From assembly GCA_016934265.1 (NCBI GenBank), contig JAFGTF010000022.1, positions 9,172-73,171 of the forward strand: a stretch of DNA of 64,000 nt. Direction: 5' to 3'. This DNA is from Spirochaetota bacterium (GTDB lineage: Bacteria > Spirochaetota > B62-G9 > DRHN01). Under the pieces are notes generated by a model. The model saw only the letters and a list, made by a program, of their open reading frames with translations, was not told the DNA's origin and ran no database searches. The position numbers and the translations under genes are program-made. Positions 1-8,781 of the stretch are shown here, piece by piece; position 1 is the first letter of the stretch; each line of letters starts with the position of its first letter.

Positions 1-907
1 CGGTGATAAGAGCATGCGCCGAGAGGGGGGGGAGCGCGAAGTTGTAGACCATATGCGCTTCGTCCGTCCCGCCGCCGAAATATGAAATGTTCTCCTCATG
101 GGGCACATTGGTCTCGGTAATGATCTTCACGTGCGGCGCGGCAAGGTCGAAGATGTCCCGGAAGAGCTTGACCACCGTGTGCGTCTGGGGGAGATGGAGG
201 CAGGAGGTTTTACTCTCCTTCCAGAGGTAGGCGATGGCGTCCAGCCGTATGACCGAGACGCCGTGGGAGACGTAGAAGAGCAGGACGTCGATGATATAGA
301 GCAGTACCTCGGGGTTCTTGAAGTTCAGATCGACCTGATCGGCGCTGAACGTGGTCCATACCTTTTTTACCCCCTCTGCGGTCTCGAACTCGGTGAGGAG
401 GGGGAGCGCGCGCGGACGGAATACGCGCGAGAGATCGAAGCGCTCGTCTGGCACTATGAAAAAGCGAGAAAACCGTTCGTCTCCCCGCAGAAATCCCAAA
501 AACGGCTCGCTCTTCTTAGAGATATGGTTTATGACGGCATCGAACATCAGCTTGAAATGCTTCCCCATGTCGTCGATATCTTCCCAGTCGCCGAGATCGG
601 GGTCGACGCGCTTGTAGTCGATGACGGAGAATCCGTCATCCGAAGAGTAGGGGAAGAAGGGGAGGATATGAACCGTCGAGACGATTCCCCTAAGGTGACG
701 ATCGAGGAAGCGGAAAAGCGCTCGAAGCGGTTTTTCTCCGGATCGTAGAAAGGAGTCTCCGTACGTGATCAAAACCGAGTCCTTTTCCGTGAACCGGTAG
801 CGCTTTTTTGGGATTTTCTTTTCGTATCGGGCGATCAGGTCGGCGAGCCGTTCCGAGATCGTCTCCGCCCGCTTCTCCCCGTATAGGAGGCGAAGCTTTT
901 GAAGCAT
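1..907 (-). CDS. GH13_18 sugar phosphorylase (sucrose/glucosylglycerate phosphorylase family), partial; C-terminus runs off the window start
   Basis: Reverse-strand translation from the ATG at 907 gives 'MLQKLRLLYGEKRAE...VHILPFFPYSSDDGFSVIDYKRVDP...AVINHIS...VSVIRLDAIAYLWKE...VYNFALPP'. These are the hallmark motifs of the GH13_18 sucrose-phosphorylase-like family. An alternative in-frame ATG lies at 931. No stop is reached before position 1. The listed plus-strand ORF 98..748 is antisense to this gene. Confidence 0.75.
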   Translation of the reverse strand, partial: MLQKLRLLYGEKRAETISERLADLIARYEKKIPKKRYRFTEKDSVLITYGDSFLRSGEKPLRALFRFLDRHLRGIVSTVHILPFFPYSSDDGFSVIDYKRVDPDLGDWEDIDDMGKHFKLMFDAVINHISKKSEPFLGFLRGDERFSRFFIVPDERFDLSRVFRPRALPLLTEFETAEGVKKVWTTFSADQVDLNFKNPEVLLYIIDVLLFYVSHGVSVIRLDAIAYLWKESKTSCLHLPQTHTVVKLFRDIFDLAAPHVKIITETNVPHEENISYFGGGTDEAHMVYNFALPPLSAHALIT

Positions 908-1099
908 TTTATCCGGTAACGGACGGTTCATACGCGTATTGTACGATATTTTCCCCTTCCCGTCAACCGGGCAGGCGCCGTCTCCCGCGAGCGGGGATCT
1001 CGTCACACCGTGCGGCGCCGGGCCTGCCCCGAGGTAAAAGGCTTGCAATGAGCGGTACGCCGTGATATACATAGATATAGAAGGCGTGACAGGGGGCCT

Positions 1100-2698
1100 G
1101 TGGGTTTGATGGAGGATAAGGATATTACACAGGAGATCGGTGTCGCCGAGCTGCAGACGCAGCAGGAGCGGCCGTCCTATATCAGGGACTGGCTGCGTAA
1201 GAACACCTTCCATCACACACAGTTCGATGATGTCAGGCGGCTCGTCGCACTGAAAAAAAAACAGAAAGTAGCTGTAAGCCTCTGTTTTCCAACCCTGAAC
1301 GAGGAAAATACGGTCGGGAGGGAGATCGCCCTGATCCGGGACGAGCTTGTCGAAAGGTATCCGCTCATAGACGAAATCGCTGTGGTGGACTCCGGTTCTA
1401 CGGATTGTACAAAGCAGGTGGCGGAAGAGGCGGGCGCGGATTTCTACTATTCGGGCGACATACTCTCCAAGTACAGGTTTTACCGCGGGAAGGGGGAGAA
1501 CCTCTGGAAAAGCCTCTATGCGCTGCGGGGTGACATAATCTGCTGGCTCGACGCGGATATCAGGAACATGCATCCGAGATTCGTACTCGGGTTGGTCGGC
1601 CCGCTCCTCGAGCATCCGGAAATATCGTACGTCAAGGCTTTCTACAAGAGACCTATCCGGTCGAAAGGAGAGCTCCGACACACCGGAGGCGGGAGAGTGA
1701 CGGAGCTCGTCGTCCGTCCGTTTTTCAATCTCCTCTTCCCCGAGCTCACCGGTATCGCACAGCCGCTCTCGGGCGAGTACGCCGGCCGCCGTGAACTTTT
1801 AGAGCGGCTGCCGTTCTTCACCGGGTACGGGGTCGAGGCGGGACATCTCATCGATATTCTCAGGATCTTCGGAATCGACGCGATCGGCCAGTGTGACATC
1901 GTGGTCAGGGTTCACAGGAACCAGTCGATTGAGGCGCTCCGCTCCATGTCCTACCGGATACTTAAGATACTTCTCCAGCGCGCGGACGACATGGGACGGA
2001 TAGAGATCTTCCAGGACCTGTCGGACTCGCTGCAGGTCATTACCGGGGTCAAGCGGCTCTACTCGATGGAGAAGATGAAGGTGTGGGGTACCGAGCGGCC
2101 GCCTATTATCTCGATACCCGAATACAGGGAAAAGCACGGTATTACGGTGGATACCTCGGAGAAAAGGGACAGGGAAGCGCTGAGGCCGCTCCCGTATACC
2201 GCTTCGCTCATGTTTCACGAGGACCTCGTGATTCCGCGGCTCAAAGGGCAGACGAAAGACGAGGTGATACGAGAGCTCGTCAGGGCGGGAAAAGAGCGTA
2301 TCCTCGACCTCGCGGAGGCGGAGAAAGAGCTTTTAACTTCCGGCGATGTGATCGAAACGCCGATCGGCAAGAACATCGCGCTCTTTCACGCGTTCGGGGC
2401 GTTCGTCGACGACATCGTACCGATCATAGGGCTCTCGCCGGATGGTATTGACATGAAGTCGCTCGACAGCGCGCCCATACATATCGCCTTGATGTTCCTT
2501 GCGCCCGAATACCTCGGAGAAATCTACAACAGGATAGTCGAGTCGTTCGCAAAGGTATTCTCACGGATGGAGCACTTCGAATGGCTGCTCCGGTGCGGGA
2601 CGCCGGACGAGATTATCGCATTCTACAGCTACCTCGAGGCGAAGAATAAAATAATGAAGATGCTCAGAATCGAGGATATACAGAGCATCTGCCTGTGA
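1100..2698 (+). CDS. gpgS: glucosyl-3-phosphoglycerate synthase (GT81, GpgS-like) fused to a C-terminal PTS EIIA type-2 (PtsN/EIIA-Ntr-like) domain
   Basis: Residues ~55-350 match Mycobacterium GpgS: 'PTLNEE', 'DSGSTDCT', 'RGKGENLWKSL...WLDADI', 'GGGRVTELVVRP', 'QPLSGEYAGRRELL', 'GYGVEAGHLID', 'RVHRNQ'. Residues ~370-532 show a PTS_EIIA_2 fold with a candidate phospho-His in 'GKNIALFHAF'. Confidence 0.8.
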   Translation: MGLMEDKDITQEIGVAELQTQQERPSYIRDWLRKNTFHHTQFDDVRRLVALKKKQKVAVSLCFPTLNEENTVGREIALIRDELVERYPLIDEIAVVDSGSTDCTKQVAEEAGADFYYSGDILSKYRFYRGKGENLWKSLYALRGDIICWLDADIRNMHPRFVLGLVGPLLEHPEISYVKAFYKRPIRSKGELRHTGGGRVTELVVRPFFNLLFPELTGIAQPLSGEYAGRRELLERLPFFTGYGVEAGHLIDILRIFGIDAIGQCDIVVRVHRNQSIEALRSMSYRILKILLQRADDMGRIEIFQDLSDSLQVITGVKRLYSMEKMKVWGTERPPIISIPEYREKHGITVDTSEKRDREALRPLPYTASLMFHEDLVIPRLKGQTKDEVIRELVRAGKERILDLAEAEKELLTSGDVIETPIGKNIALFHAFGAFVDDIVPIIGLSPDGIDMKSLDSAPIHIALMFLAPEYLGEIYNRIVESFAKVFSRMEHFEWLLRCGTPDEIIAFYSYLEAKNKIMKMLRIEDIQSICL

Positions 2699-2883
2699 AA
2701 GGCATCTGCCTGTGAAAGGCCGCGTCGGCGCCGCAGCTTCTCCGTGCATAGGATGCCGATACTGTCAACGCGTCGGCGCCGCAGCCCCTCCTCCCTAGGA
2801 TGCTGCCCCTTCCAACGCGGCGGTGTGTAACGCGCTCGATCCCCTACGGGCGGGAATGTATAGATGCGATCCCTCCCGAGGGG

Positions 2884-3066
2884 TCATTCTTCCTGGAACT
2901 CGAGCGCCATCTCAAGCTCCTCTTCGGTTATCGCACCCATTCCGATCAGTATCTCGCCGAGACGCTGGCTCGACGACTTCTGTATCTCGATCGCCTCGGT
3001 GAGATCGTCTATCGTGATCATTCCCGATTCCATGAGGACCTGACCGATCGGTTTTTTTTCGGGCAT
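2884..3066 (-). CDS. standalone MshEN-like (T2SSE_N-type) small protein, 60 aa, with tandem c-di-GMP-binding-type motifs
   Basis: ATG at 3064-3066 sits behind an AAAGGAGAAAG RBS. Two 24-aa motifs separated by a 5-aa spacer: 'PIGQVLMESGMITIDDLTEAIEIQ' - KSSSQ - 'RLGEILIGMGAITEEELEMALEFQ'. This fits the MshEN consensus RLGxx(LVI)(LVI)xxG(LVIF)(LVI)xxxxLxxxLxxQ. It is the last gene of the DUF39 / NIL-ferredoxin operon. Confidence 0.5.
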   Translation of the reverse strand: MPEKKPIGQVLMESGMITIDDLTEAIEIQKSSSQRLGEILIGMGAITEEELEMALEFQEE

Positions 3067-3125
3067 CAGCTTTCTCCTTTCTGACTGTCGGGGCCACTCT
3101 ATAAACCGGCGGTAAACCTGGAAGC

Positions 3126-3545
3126 CTACTCGATCATCTCCATCGCCATATACGGACAGGACGGTATACAGAGGCCGCAGCCGATACACTTCTCCTCGAC
3201 GAATTCGACCTCCATTCGCTCGCGGTCGGAGATGCTCAATGCCGCGGTAGGACACACGACCGTACACGCGCTGCAGTGGGTGCACCGTTCGTCGATACGC
3301 CTGATGATCTTGGAAACCGGCTTGAAAGATATGCCGAGCTCCCTGAGATAGTCCAAGCCGGCGTCGATGTTCTTTTTTTTACCGGATATTTCGATCACGA
3401 GCGTCCCCTCCTCGTCCTGGTCGATACGCGCCCGTGTAATATTCACCGTGATATCGTACTCCCGGATGAGGTTCGATATGATCGGCTTGTCTGCGAGCTT
3501 CCTCGGGTAATGGAGCATGATGTTGCGTGTCGGGTTCTGTGTCAT
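3126..3545 (-). CDS. NIL-domain 4Fe-4S ferredoxin (COG2122 family; homocysteine biosynthesis partner of DUF39)
   Basis: N-terminal NIL domain, then two CxxCxxCxxxCP clusters ('CTHCSACTVVCP', 'CIGCGLCIPSCP'). The start overlaps the stop of the upstream DUF39 gene (ATGA). Confidence 0.8.
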   Translation of the reverse strand: MTQNPTRNIMLHYPRKLADKPIISNLIREYDITVNITRARIDQDEEGTLVIEISGKKKNIDAGLDYLRELGISFKPVSKIIRRIDERCTHCSACTVVCPTAALSISDRERMEVEFVEEKCIGCGLCIPSCPYMAMEMIE

Positions 3546-4753
3546 GACTCATCACCTCCTTCGGGCCTGATAACGAGCGGCTTGAAGGTCTGTCCGGACT
3601 CGGGGCCCGGTATCGATTCGACCTTCTCGCTCAGCAGGAAACCGCCCTGCTGTATCCATGACTTCAGCGTCACTGCGATCTCTTTCGCTAAGGGGTAGCT
3701 CGAAAGCGAGCCGGTGGGCACCTTCTTCCCCCTGATGGTGACGGTCCCGCTTTTGAGATCACGGTAGCTCACCTTCGTGATGGTACCCGGTTCCCGTTTC
3801 GGATATGTGGTGGCGTAGTCGACTACCGGAGCGAGGATATCGGCGTCCGATACGCTCACGAATCCCGCGATCTCCTCGTCTAAAACCGGGATGGGAATCC
3901 CGATCCCCACGGCGAGGCTCACCCCGTATCCGAGCATCGATACGCCGCGTATGAAGCGCGTGTTCATCTGTTTCATGTCGCCTATCACGCAGATCGTGCC
4001 CGCGCCCTCGGTGGGAACGCCGTTTTTCCCGCGTTCCGCGGTAGGATTATGCTGGGTACCCTCCCAGCTGACGCGGCCCGTGCCCCCGCCGAGGAAAATC
4101 TTCGTCCCGATGCCGATCGTGCGGTAGTATGGATCGTTCAGCAGGGGACTGAGCTGCCCGGCAGAGCAGTAGTTTGCGTTGCCGATATGCGGCTGGAGTA
4201 TTCCGAGGTAGGTGTAGATGACCTTGGGAGAGGTGTTCACCGCGACGTTGTAGTTCTGGTATCCGTTTCTCGGGTTTAGCAAAAACGCCTGATTCAGGTC
4301 CTTGATATTGACATAGGTGTCGAGTTTTTTTCTCGGGTAGCAGTCCGTACCGTAGGATGTCGCCCGCAGGAACACGTCCCTGCCTGCGATGAGGTCCTCG
4401 ATTACATGCCCTCCCCCGTACCTGAACCTCCCCGGGTGTATCTTGTTCGCCGGATCGTCGTCGGGAATCTCCGTGGCGCCTATATAGACATCACAGGCGG
4501 CGATGCCTCCGTAGGCGAATACATCGTTGAGCCACGCTTTCTGTATTTTCATGCGGGGCGACGGGTGTCCGAAGTTGAGAAACGCGCCGGACGAGCACAT
4601 GGGGCCGAACGTACCGGTGGTTACCACATCGACCTGTTCCGAGGCCTTCTTCAGGCCGTTTTCATTGACATAACCCACTATCTCCTCTGCGGTGAAGATG
4701 CAGGCCTTCTTCTTTTTGATCCGTTCGTTTATTTCCTGTATAGTCTTTGCCAT
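3542..4753 (-). CDS. DUF39 / COG1900 homocysteine biosynthesis protein (L-aspartate-semialdehyde sulfurtransferase family)
   Basis: About 400-aa protein beginning 'MAKTIQEINERIKKKKACIFTAEE...' with conserved 'GGGHVIEDLIAG' and 'GTKIFLGGGTG' blocks. Start chosen at the ATG at 4753 behind an AAAGGAG RBS. It is paired with the NIL-ferredoxin as in the MA1821/MA1822 system. Confidence 0.8.
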   Translation of the reverse strand: MAKTIQEINERIKKKKACIFTAEEIVGYVNENGLKKASEQVDVVTTGTFGPMCSSGAFLNFGHPSPRMKIQKAWLNDVFAYGGIAACDVYIGATEIPDDDPANKIHPGRFRYGGGHVIEDLIAGRDVFLRATSYGTDCYPRKKLDTYVNIKDLNQAFLLNPRNGYQNYNVAVNTSPKVIYTYLGILQPHIGNANYCSAGQLSPLLNDPYYRTIGIGTKIFLGGGTGRVSWEGTQHNPTAERGKNGVPTEGAGTICVIGDMKQMNTRFIRGVSMLGYGVSLAVGIGIPIPVLDEEIAGFVSVSDADILAPVVDYATTYPKREPGTITKVSYRDLKSGTVTIRGKKVPTGSLSSYPLAKEIAVTLKSWIQQGGFLLSEKVESIPGPESGQTFKPLVIRPEGGDES

Positions 4754-4860
4754 AAGACGCTCCTTTTGTTGTTTGTAGTTTGTCGGCAAAAACTATCCAT
4801 GCCCCATAACATCGGTCCTCACCCCCTTGTGATACGAAAGTATTAACGTTGCAAAGAGCG

Positions 4861-5343
4861 CTATCGTTTGTAACCGAACTTCCTGAGAAGGGTCTTTCTC
4901 TCTTCCGTTTCCCCTTCTGATTCTACGCCTTTCGGCATGGACCCGTCGATGACTCCCAGTACACCTCGGCCCTGCTGCGTCTCGCCCACAATAACCTCGA
5001 GAGGATTCGCGGTGGCGCAGAATATGTGCACGACTTCCCGCACCGCCTTGATTGAGGGAAGTACGTTTATCGGAAAGCCGTTCTCGAGAAAGATGACGAA
5101 GATGTGTCCTGCACCGATACGACGGGCCGTATCGACCGCAAGCCGTGTGAGCTTTTCGTCGTTGCCGTCCTTTCTCGTAAGGCAGACCCCGCTCGCTTCA
5201 TTGAAGGCGATGCCGAACTTTATGTGCGGCGATGTATTGACGACCGCCTCGTAGAGGTCCTCAATGCTCTTTATGAAGTGGGTCTGGCCGACTATGATGT
5301 TCGCCCCTTCAGGAATGTCGATTGCGACGGTTTTGATCTCCAT
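4861..5343 (-). CDS. adenosine-specific kinase family protein (PF04008-like), 160 aa
   Basis: Fold-family recognition from 'MEIKTVAIDIPEGANIIVGQTHFIKSIEDLYEAVVNTSPHIKFGIAFNEASG'. The call rests on moderate similarity only. Confidence 0.45.
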   Translation of the reverse strand: MEIKTVAIDIPEGANIIVGQTHFIKSIEDLYEAVVNTSPHIKFGIAFNEASGVCLTRKDGNDEKLTRLAVDTARRIGAGHIFVIFLENGFPINVLPSIKAVREVVHIFCATANPLEVIVGETQQGRGVLGVIDGSMPKGVESEGETEERKTLLRKFGYKR

Positions 5344-5471
5344 ATCCCACCTCCGGCGTCCGGTGCGTAAGTATCTGTAATAGTAGTATAGGTCGCTCCT
5401 TTTGCAAACAGATTTTTATACCTTCCAGCCTGTAAATAGTATTACTATGTACGAAAAAGGCGAGGGGGCGT

Positions 5472-6548
5472 ATGATCGCGGTGACGGGAGGAGGAACGGG
5501 AGGGCATATTTTTCCCGTCTTCGCGCTCATAGAAGAGCTTTCACGCCGCGGGCATCGTGATATTGTCTGGATCGGTTCCAAGGCCGGAATTGAACGGGGC
5601 TGGGCCGAAAAGGCGGGTGTTCGCTACCGCGGAATTGCGACCGGAAAGCTCAGGCGATATTTTTCCCTGCGAAATCTCACCGATCCCTTCAAGGTGGTAA
5701 TCGGTCTGCTCGAGTCGTTTTTCTTTTTCCTCGGGAAGAGACCTCAGGTCCTCTTCTCGAAGGGGGGTTTTGTGTCGGTACCTCCCGTGCTCGCCGCTCG
5801 GCTCCTCGGGATTCCGGTAGTCACCCACGAGAGTGACACCGTACCCGGACTCGCCACGAGGATCATCTCGCGCGGCGCATCGGCGATCTGTGTCGGGTTT
5901 TCGCACACACGTGACGCATTCGAGGGAAAAAACGTCGTATGGACGGGGAATCCGGTTAGATCCGATGTACTGGACGGCGACGGCGACAGGGGCAGATCGT
6001 TTTTGGGGTTTTGGGACGATCTTCCGATGGTGTTCGTCGTCGGAGGGAGCCTCGGGGCCCGGATCCTGAATGAAACGGTCTGGGCGCTGTGCGGCGAAAC
6101 AAACGGTTTCAATATCGTCCATCAGTGCGGCAGAGGCAACAAAAAAACGGGTATGGATGAAAACCGGCACTATCGCCAGATCGAGTTCTTAGAGGACCGG
6201 ATGGGAGACGTCCTCGATGCGGCAACGGTCGTGGTATCGCGTGCGGGGGCGGGGGCGTTGTACGAAATAGCAAGCCTCGGCAAGGCGTCGATCCTGATCC
6301 CGCTTCCGCTGTCCGCGAGCAGGGGCGAGCAGATCGAAAACGCGCGCTATTTCGAGGCGCACGGCGCCTCGGTAGTCATCGCGAACGAGAATCTTACCCC
6401 CCATGCGCTCGAGGAGGCGATTCAGTCCCTGCTCGCGGACGGGCCACGGCTCGAGACGATGGGGAGGGAGGCGAAAAAGCTCGTTCGTAAAGACGCCGCT
6501 TCCGCGATTGCAAAGATCCTGGAAGGGTATCTAAAGCGGAAACAGTAG
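5472..6548 (+). CDS. murG: undecaprenyldiphospho-muramoylpentapeptide beta-N-acetylglucosaminyltransferase MurG
   Basis: 'MIAVTGGGTGGHIFPVFALIEEL' G-loop, 'VTHESDTVPGLATR', C-terminal 'GGSLGAR...RAGAGALYE...LIPLP' donor-binding motifs. GAGGGGG RBS. Confidence 0.85.
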   Translation: MIAVTGGGTGGHIFPVFALIEELSRRGHRDIVWIGSKAGIERGWAEKAGVRYRGIATGKLRRYFSLRNLTDPFKVVIGLLESFFFFLGKRPQVLFSKGGFVSVPPVLAARLLGIPVVTHESDTVPGLATRIISRGASAICVGFSHTRDAFEGKNVVWTGNPVRSDVLDGDGDRGRSFLGFWDDLPMVFVVGGSLGARILNETVWALCGETNGFNIVHQCGRGNKKTGMDENRHYRQIEFLEDRMGDVLDAATVVVSRAGAGALYEIASLGKASILIPLPLSASRGEQIENARYFEAHGASVVIANENLTPHALEEAIQSLLADGPRLETMGREAKKLVRKDAASAIAKILEGYLKRKQ

Positions 6549-6606
6549 CCGTAGTAAAAGAAATTGTAGTATATTTTGATCGAAATTTACTTAATAGGGG
6601 GAACCA

Positions 6607-7656
6607 ATGACCGATGTGAAAAAACTCCTCGGAGATGAAGCGAAGAGTCTTCTGGAATATAAATGCACTACCGTGCCGAAAGAGAACCTTCACCTCCCCG
6701 GACCGGATTTCATCGACAGGGTGGTGTCTTGTACTGACAGGCCGGTTCCCGTGATGCGGAACATGCAGACCGTATTCGATCACGGCCGTCTCGGGCAGAC
6801 CGGATATCTCTCGATACTTCCCGTCGACCAGGGCATCGAGCACTCCGCAGGAGCCTCGTTTGCACCGAACCCGATCTACTTCGATCCGGAAAACATTGTG
6901 AAGCTTGCAATCGAGGGGGGATGCAACGCGGTCGCCTCGACGCTCGGCGTGCTCGGGGCGGTCTCCAGGAAGTACGCGCATAAGATTCCGTTTATCATCA
7001 AGATAAACCATAACGAATTTCTCACCTATCCGAACAAGTTCGACCAGATACTCTTTGCCAGCGTGGACCAGGCGTTCAACCTCGGGGCTGTTGCGGTGGG
7101 TGCGACGGTCTACTACGGCTCGGATGAAGCGGGCAGGCAGATCCAGGAAATAACCGAGGCGTTCGAGTATGCTCACAGCCTCGGCATGTTCACCGTGCTC
7201 TGGGCGTATCTCAGAAACCCCGCCTTCAAGACGAAGGAAAAGGATTACCACCTTTCCTCAGACCTCTCGGGCCAAGCGAACCATCTCGGCGTGACGATCG
7301 AGGCTGATATCATCAAGCAGAAGCAGGCGGTATGCAACGGCGGCTACAATGCCCTGAAGTTTGGTAAGACCCATGAAAAGGTATACTCGGAGCTTACAAG
7401 CGACCACCCCATAGATCTCACGCGGTATCAGGTGGTAAACTGCTACATGGGGAGATCGGGGATGATCAACTCAGGCGGCGCGTCCGGCAAGGACGATTTC
7501 GCGCAGGCGGTGCGAACCGCGGTCATCAACAAGCGTGCGGGCGGCATGGGACTCATCTCCGGAAGGAAAGCCTTCCAGCGTCCGATGAAGGAAGGCGCCG
7601 GGCTGCTCAACATGATACAGGACGTGTACCTGGATAAAAGCATCACCGTCGCATGA
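6607..7656 (+). CDS. fbaB: class I fructose-bisphosphate aldolase (FbaB/DhnA type)
   Basis: Collinear with E. coli FbaB over essentially its full length: '[48 protein letters not shown]...[11 protein letters not shown]...VLWAYLRN...[15 protein letters not shown]...[15 protein letters not shown]...[12 protein letters not shown]'. Confidence 0.9.
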   Translation: MTDVKKLLGDEAKSLLEYKCTTVPKENLHLPGPDFIDRVVSCTDRPVPVMRNMQTVFDHGRLGQTGYLSILPVDQGIEHSAGASFAPNPIYFDPENIVKLAIEGGCNAVASTLGVLGAVSRKYAHKIPFIIKINHNEFLTYPNKFDQILFASVDQAFNLGAVAVGATVYYGSDEAGRQIQEITEAFEYAHSLGMFTVLWAYLRNPAFKTKEKDYHLSSDLSGQANHLGVTIEADIIKQKQAVCNGGYNALKFGKTHEKVYSELTSDHPIDLTRYQVVNCYMGRSGMINSGGASGKDDFAQAVRTAVINKRAGGMGLISGRKAFQRPMKEGAGLLNMIQDVYLDKSITVA

Positions 7657-7678
7657 CGATATTCACGGAAACGGAATA

Positions 7679-7707
7679 AGAGGGGGAAAAATCCCCCTCT
7701 TTTTTTA
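7679..7707 (+). terminator. rho-independent terminator downstream of fbaB
   Basis: Stem 'AGAGGGGG' (7679-7686), loop 'AAAAAT', complementary 'CCCCCTCT' (7693-7700), then TTTTTTT (7701-7707). Confidence 0.7.
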
Positions 7708-7794
7708 CCCCAACCGGCGTTTTTTCCTCGACAGGCTTCGACTTCACTATTAACCAGTTATTTTTTTCGTTAACACACTTGTAACAGAGTGGTG

Positions 7795-8226
7795 TTATAT
7801 GCACAGTAACAAGTATGAGGAGGAATGACGGGCAGAAGACGATTGGTGAGTGGCTTCTTTGCGATTTTCATATTCATACGACGATGAGCGACGGAATCTC
7901 GCCGTGCAGGAGGTGAGAAGTATCGTCTCGGAAAAAAGCAGGGGACGAAAGTCGTATTTACCGGAGATACGCGCCGGATCGATTAGATGGGGTTTGTCAT
8001 TATTTAAAGAATAGGCCCTCGCATCTAAATGCGGTTGACACTCTTCAAAGGACAAGTTCTCCCCATTACGTCCTACCCCGATTCTAGAAGCAACGGGCTG
8101 ACCTTCCTCATCGACAATATGAAGGGACAGCCGCTGTATACGCATATCACGATGGAAAAAGGAGTACGGTCGAAACTCGCCGAGCTCGCATCCGATCTGC
8201 TGTAACAGGCCCGCACCAACGGTCAT
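7795..8226 (-). CDS. hypothetical protein; reality doubtful
   Basis: 143-aa ORF whose ATG overlaps the rimI-like stop (ATGA). Only the first ~60 aa look protein-like; the C-terminus is low-complexity and antisense to a PHP-like fragment on the plus strand. No recognisable family. Confidence 0.2.
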   Translation of the reverse strand: MTVGAGLLQQIGCELGEFRPYSFFHRDMRIQRLSLHIVDEEGQPVASRIGVGRNGENLSFEECQPHLDARAYSLNNDKPHLIDPARISGKYDFRPLLFSETILLTSCTARFRRSSSYEYENRKEATHQSSSARHSSSYLLLCI

Positions 8227-8696
8227 CGGATCAACGCCGGGAGCCGTTTTCCCATTACGATCGCGTCCTCTTTTTCCTGCGCGTAGTAGTTCTCAATGAG
8301 GCCGATTACAAAAAAGCCGCTTCGCTGGTAGAACCTGATGGCCTTTGCGTTCGAGGGCCTGACCTCGAGGTAGCAGTATCCCGCGTTTCTCCGCTTCGCA
8401 TTGTTGAAGAGGTGTTCGATCAGGAGGGTGCCGAGCCCCTTATGCTGGAACGAAGGACTTATCGCGATGTTTATGAGATGGATGATCCCGTCTAGGGAGG
8501 CCGTTACCGGCAGGAAAGAGGGTTGTTTTTTCAACAGGTGGTAGCCGCCGTACCCAAGAAGCGTCGTCTTTTTTCTCAGGGTGACGACCCAGTTGTTGTG
8601 GTCTTTTAGGATCAGCCTGAAGAACTCTTCGCTCCATGGATGCCGGAAGACCCCCTGCTCTATCGAGACGACCTCTTTGAGGTCTTTTTCCTCCAT
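8223..8696 (-). CDS. rimI: GNAT family N-acetyltransferase (RimI-like ribosomal-protein-alanine acetyltransferase)
   Basis: 'MEEKDLKEVVSIEQGVFRHPW...' and acetyl-CoA motif 'QHKGLGTLLIEHLFNNAKRRNAGYCYLEVRPSNAKAIRFYQRSGF'. Start taken at the ATG at 8696. Confidence 0.7.
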   Translation of the reverse strand: MEEKDLKEVVSIEQGVFRHPWSEEFFRLILKDHNNWVVTLRKKTTLLGYGGYHLLKKQPSFLPVTASLDGIIHLINIAISPSFQHKGLGTLLIEHLFNNAKRRNAGYCYLEVRPSNAKAIRFYQRSGFFVIGLIENYYAQEKEDAIVMGKRLPALIR

Positions 8697-8781
8697 TCTT
8701 GCGTAGGAGTAATCCGTCTGCATCGCTGCTTTTCACCCTCCTGAAGGAAAGGGCGTACAGCCGGCGGTCACGATACCGGTA

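Noticed and set aside
98-748. 216-aa plus-strand ORF at the window start
   Set aside because: It is antisense to the GH13_18 phosphorylase gene on the minus strand. High GC keeps it open, and it has no recognisable motifs.
6394-7251. 285-aa minus-strand ORF
   Set aside because: It is antisense to fbaB.
8028-8206. 59-aa plus-strand ORF convergent with rimI
   Set aside because: It is below the size threshold, has no motifs, and conflicts with an equally doubtful minus-strand ORF. The region is better explained as pseudogene debris.
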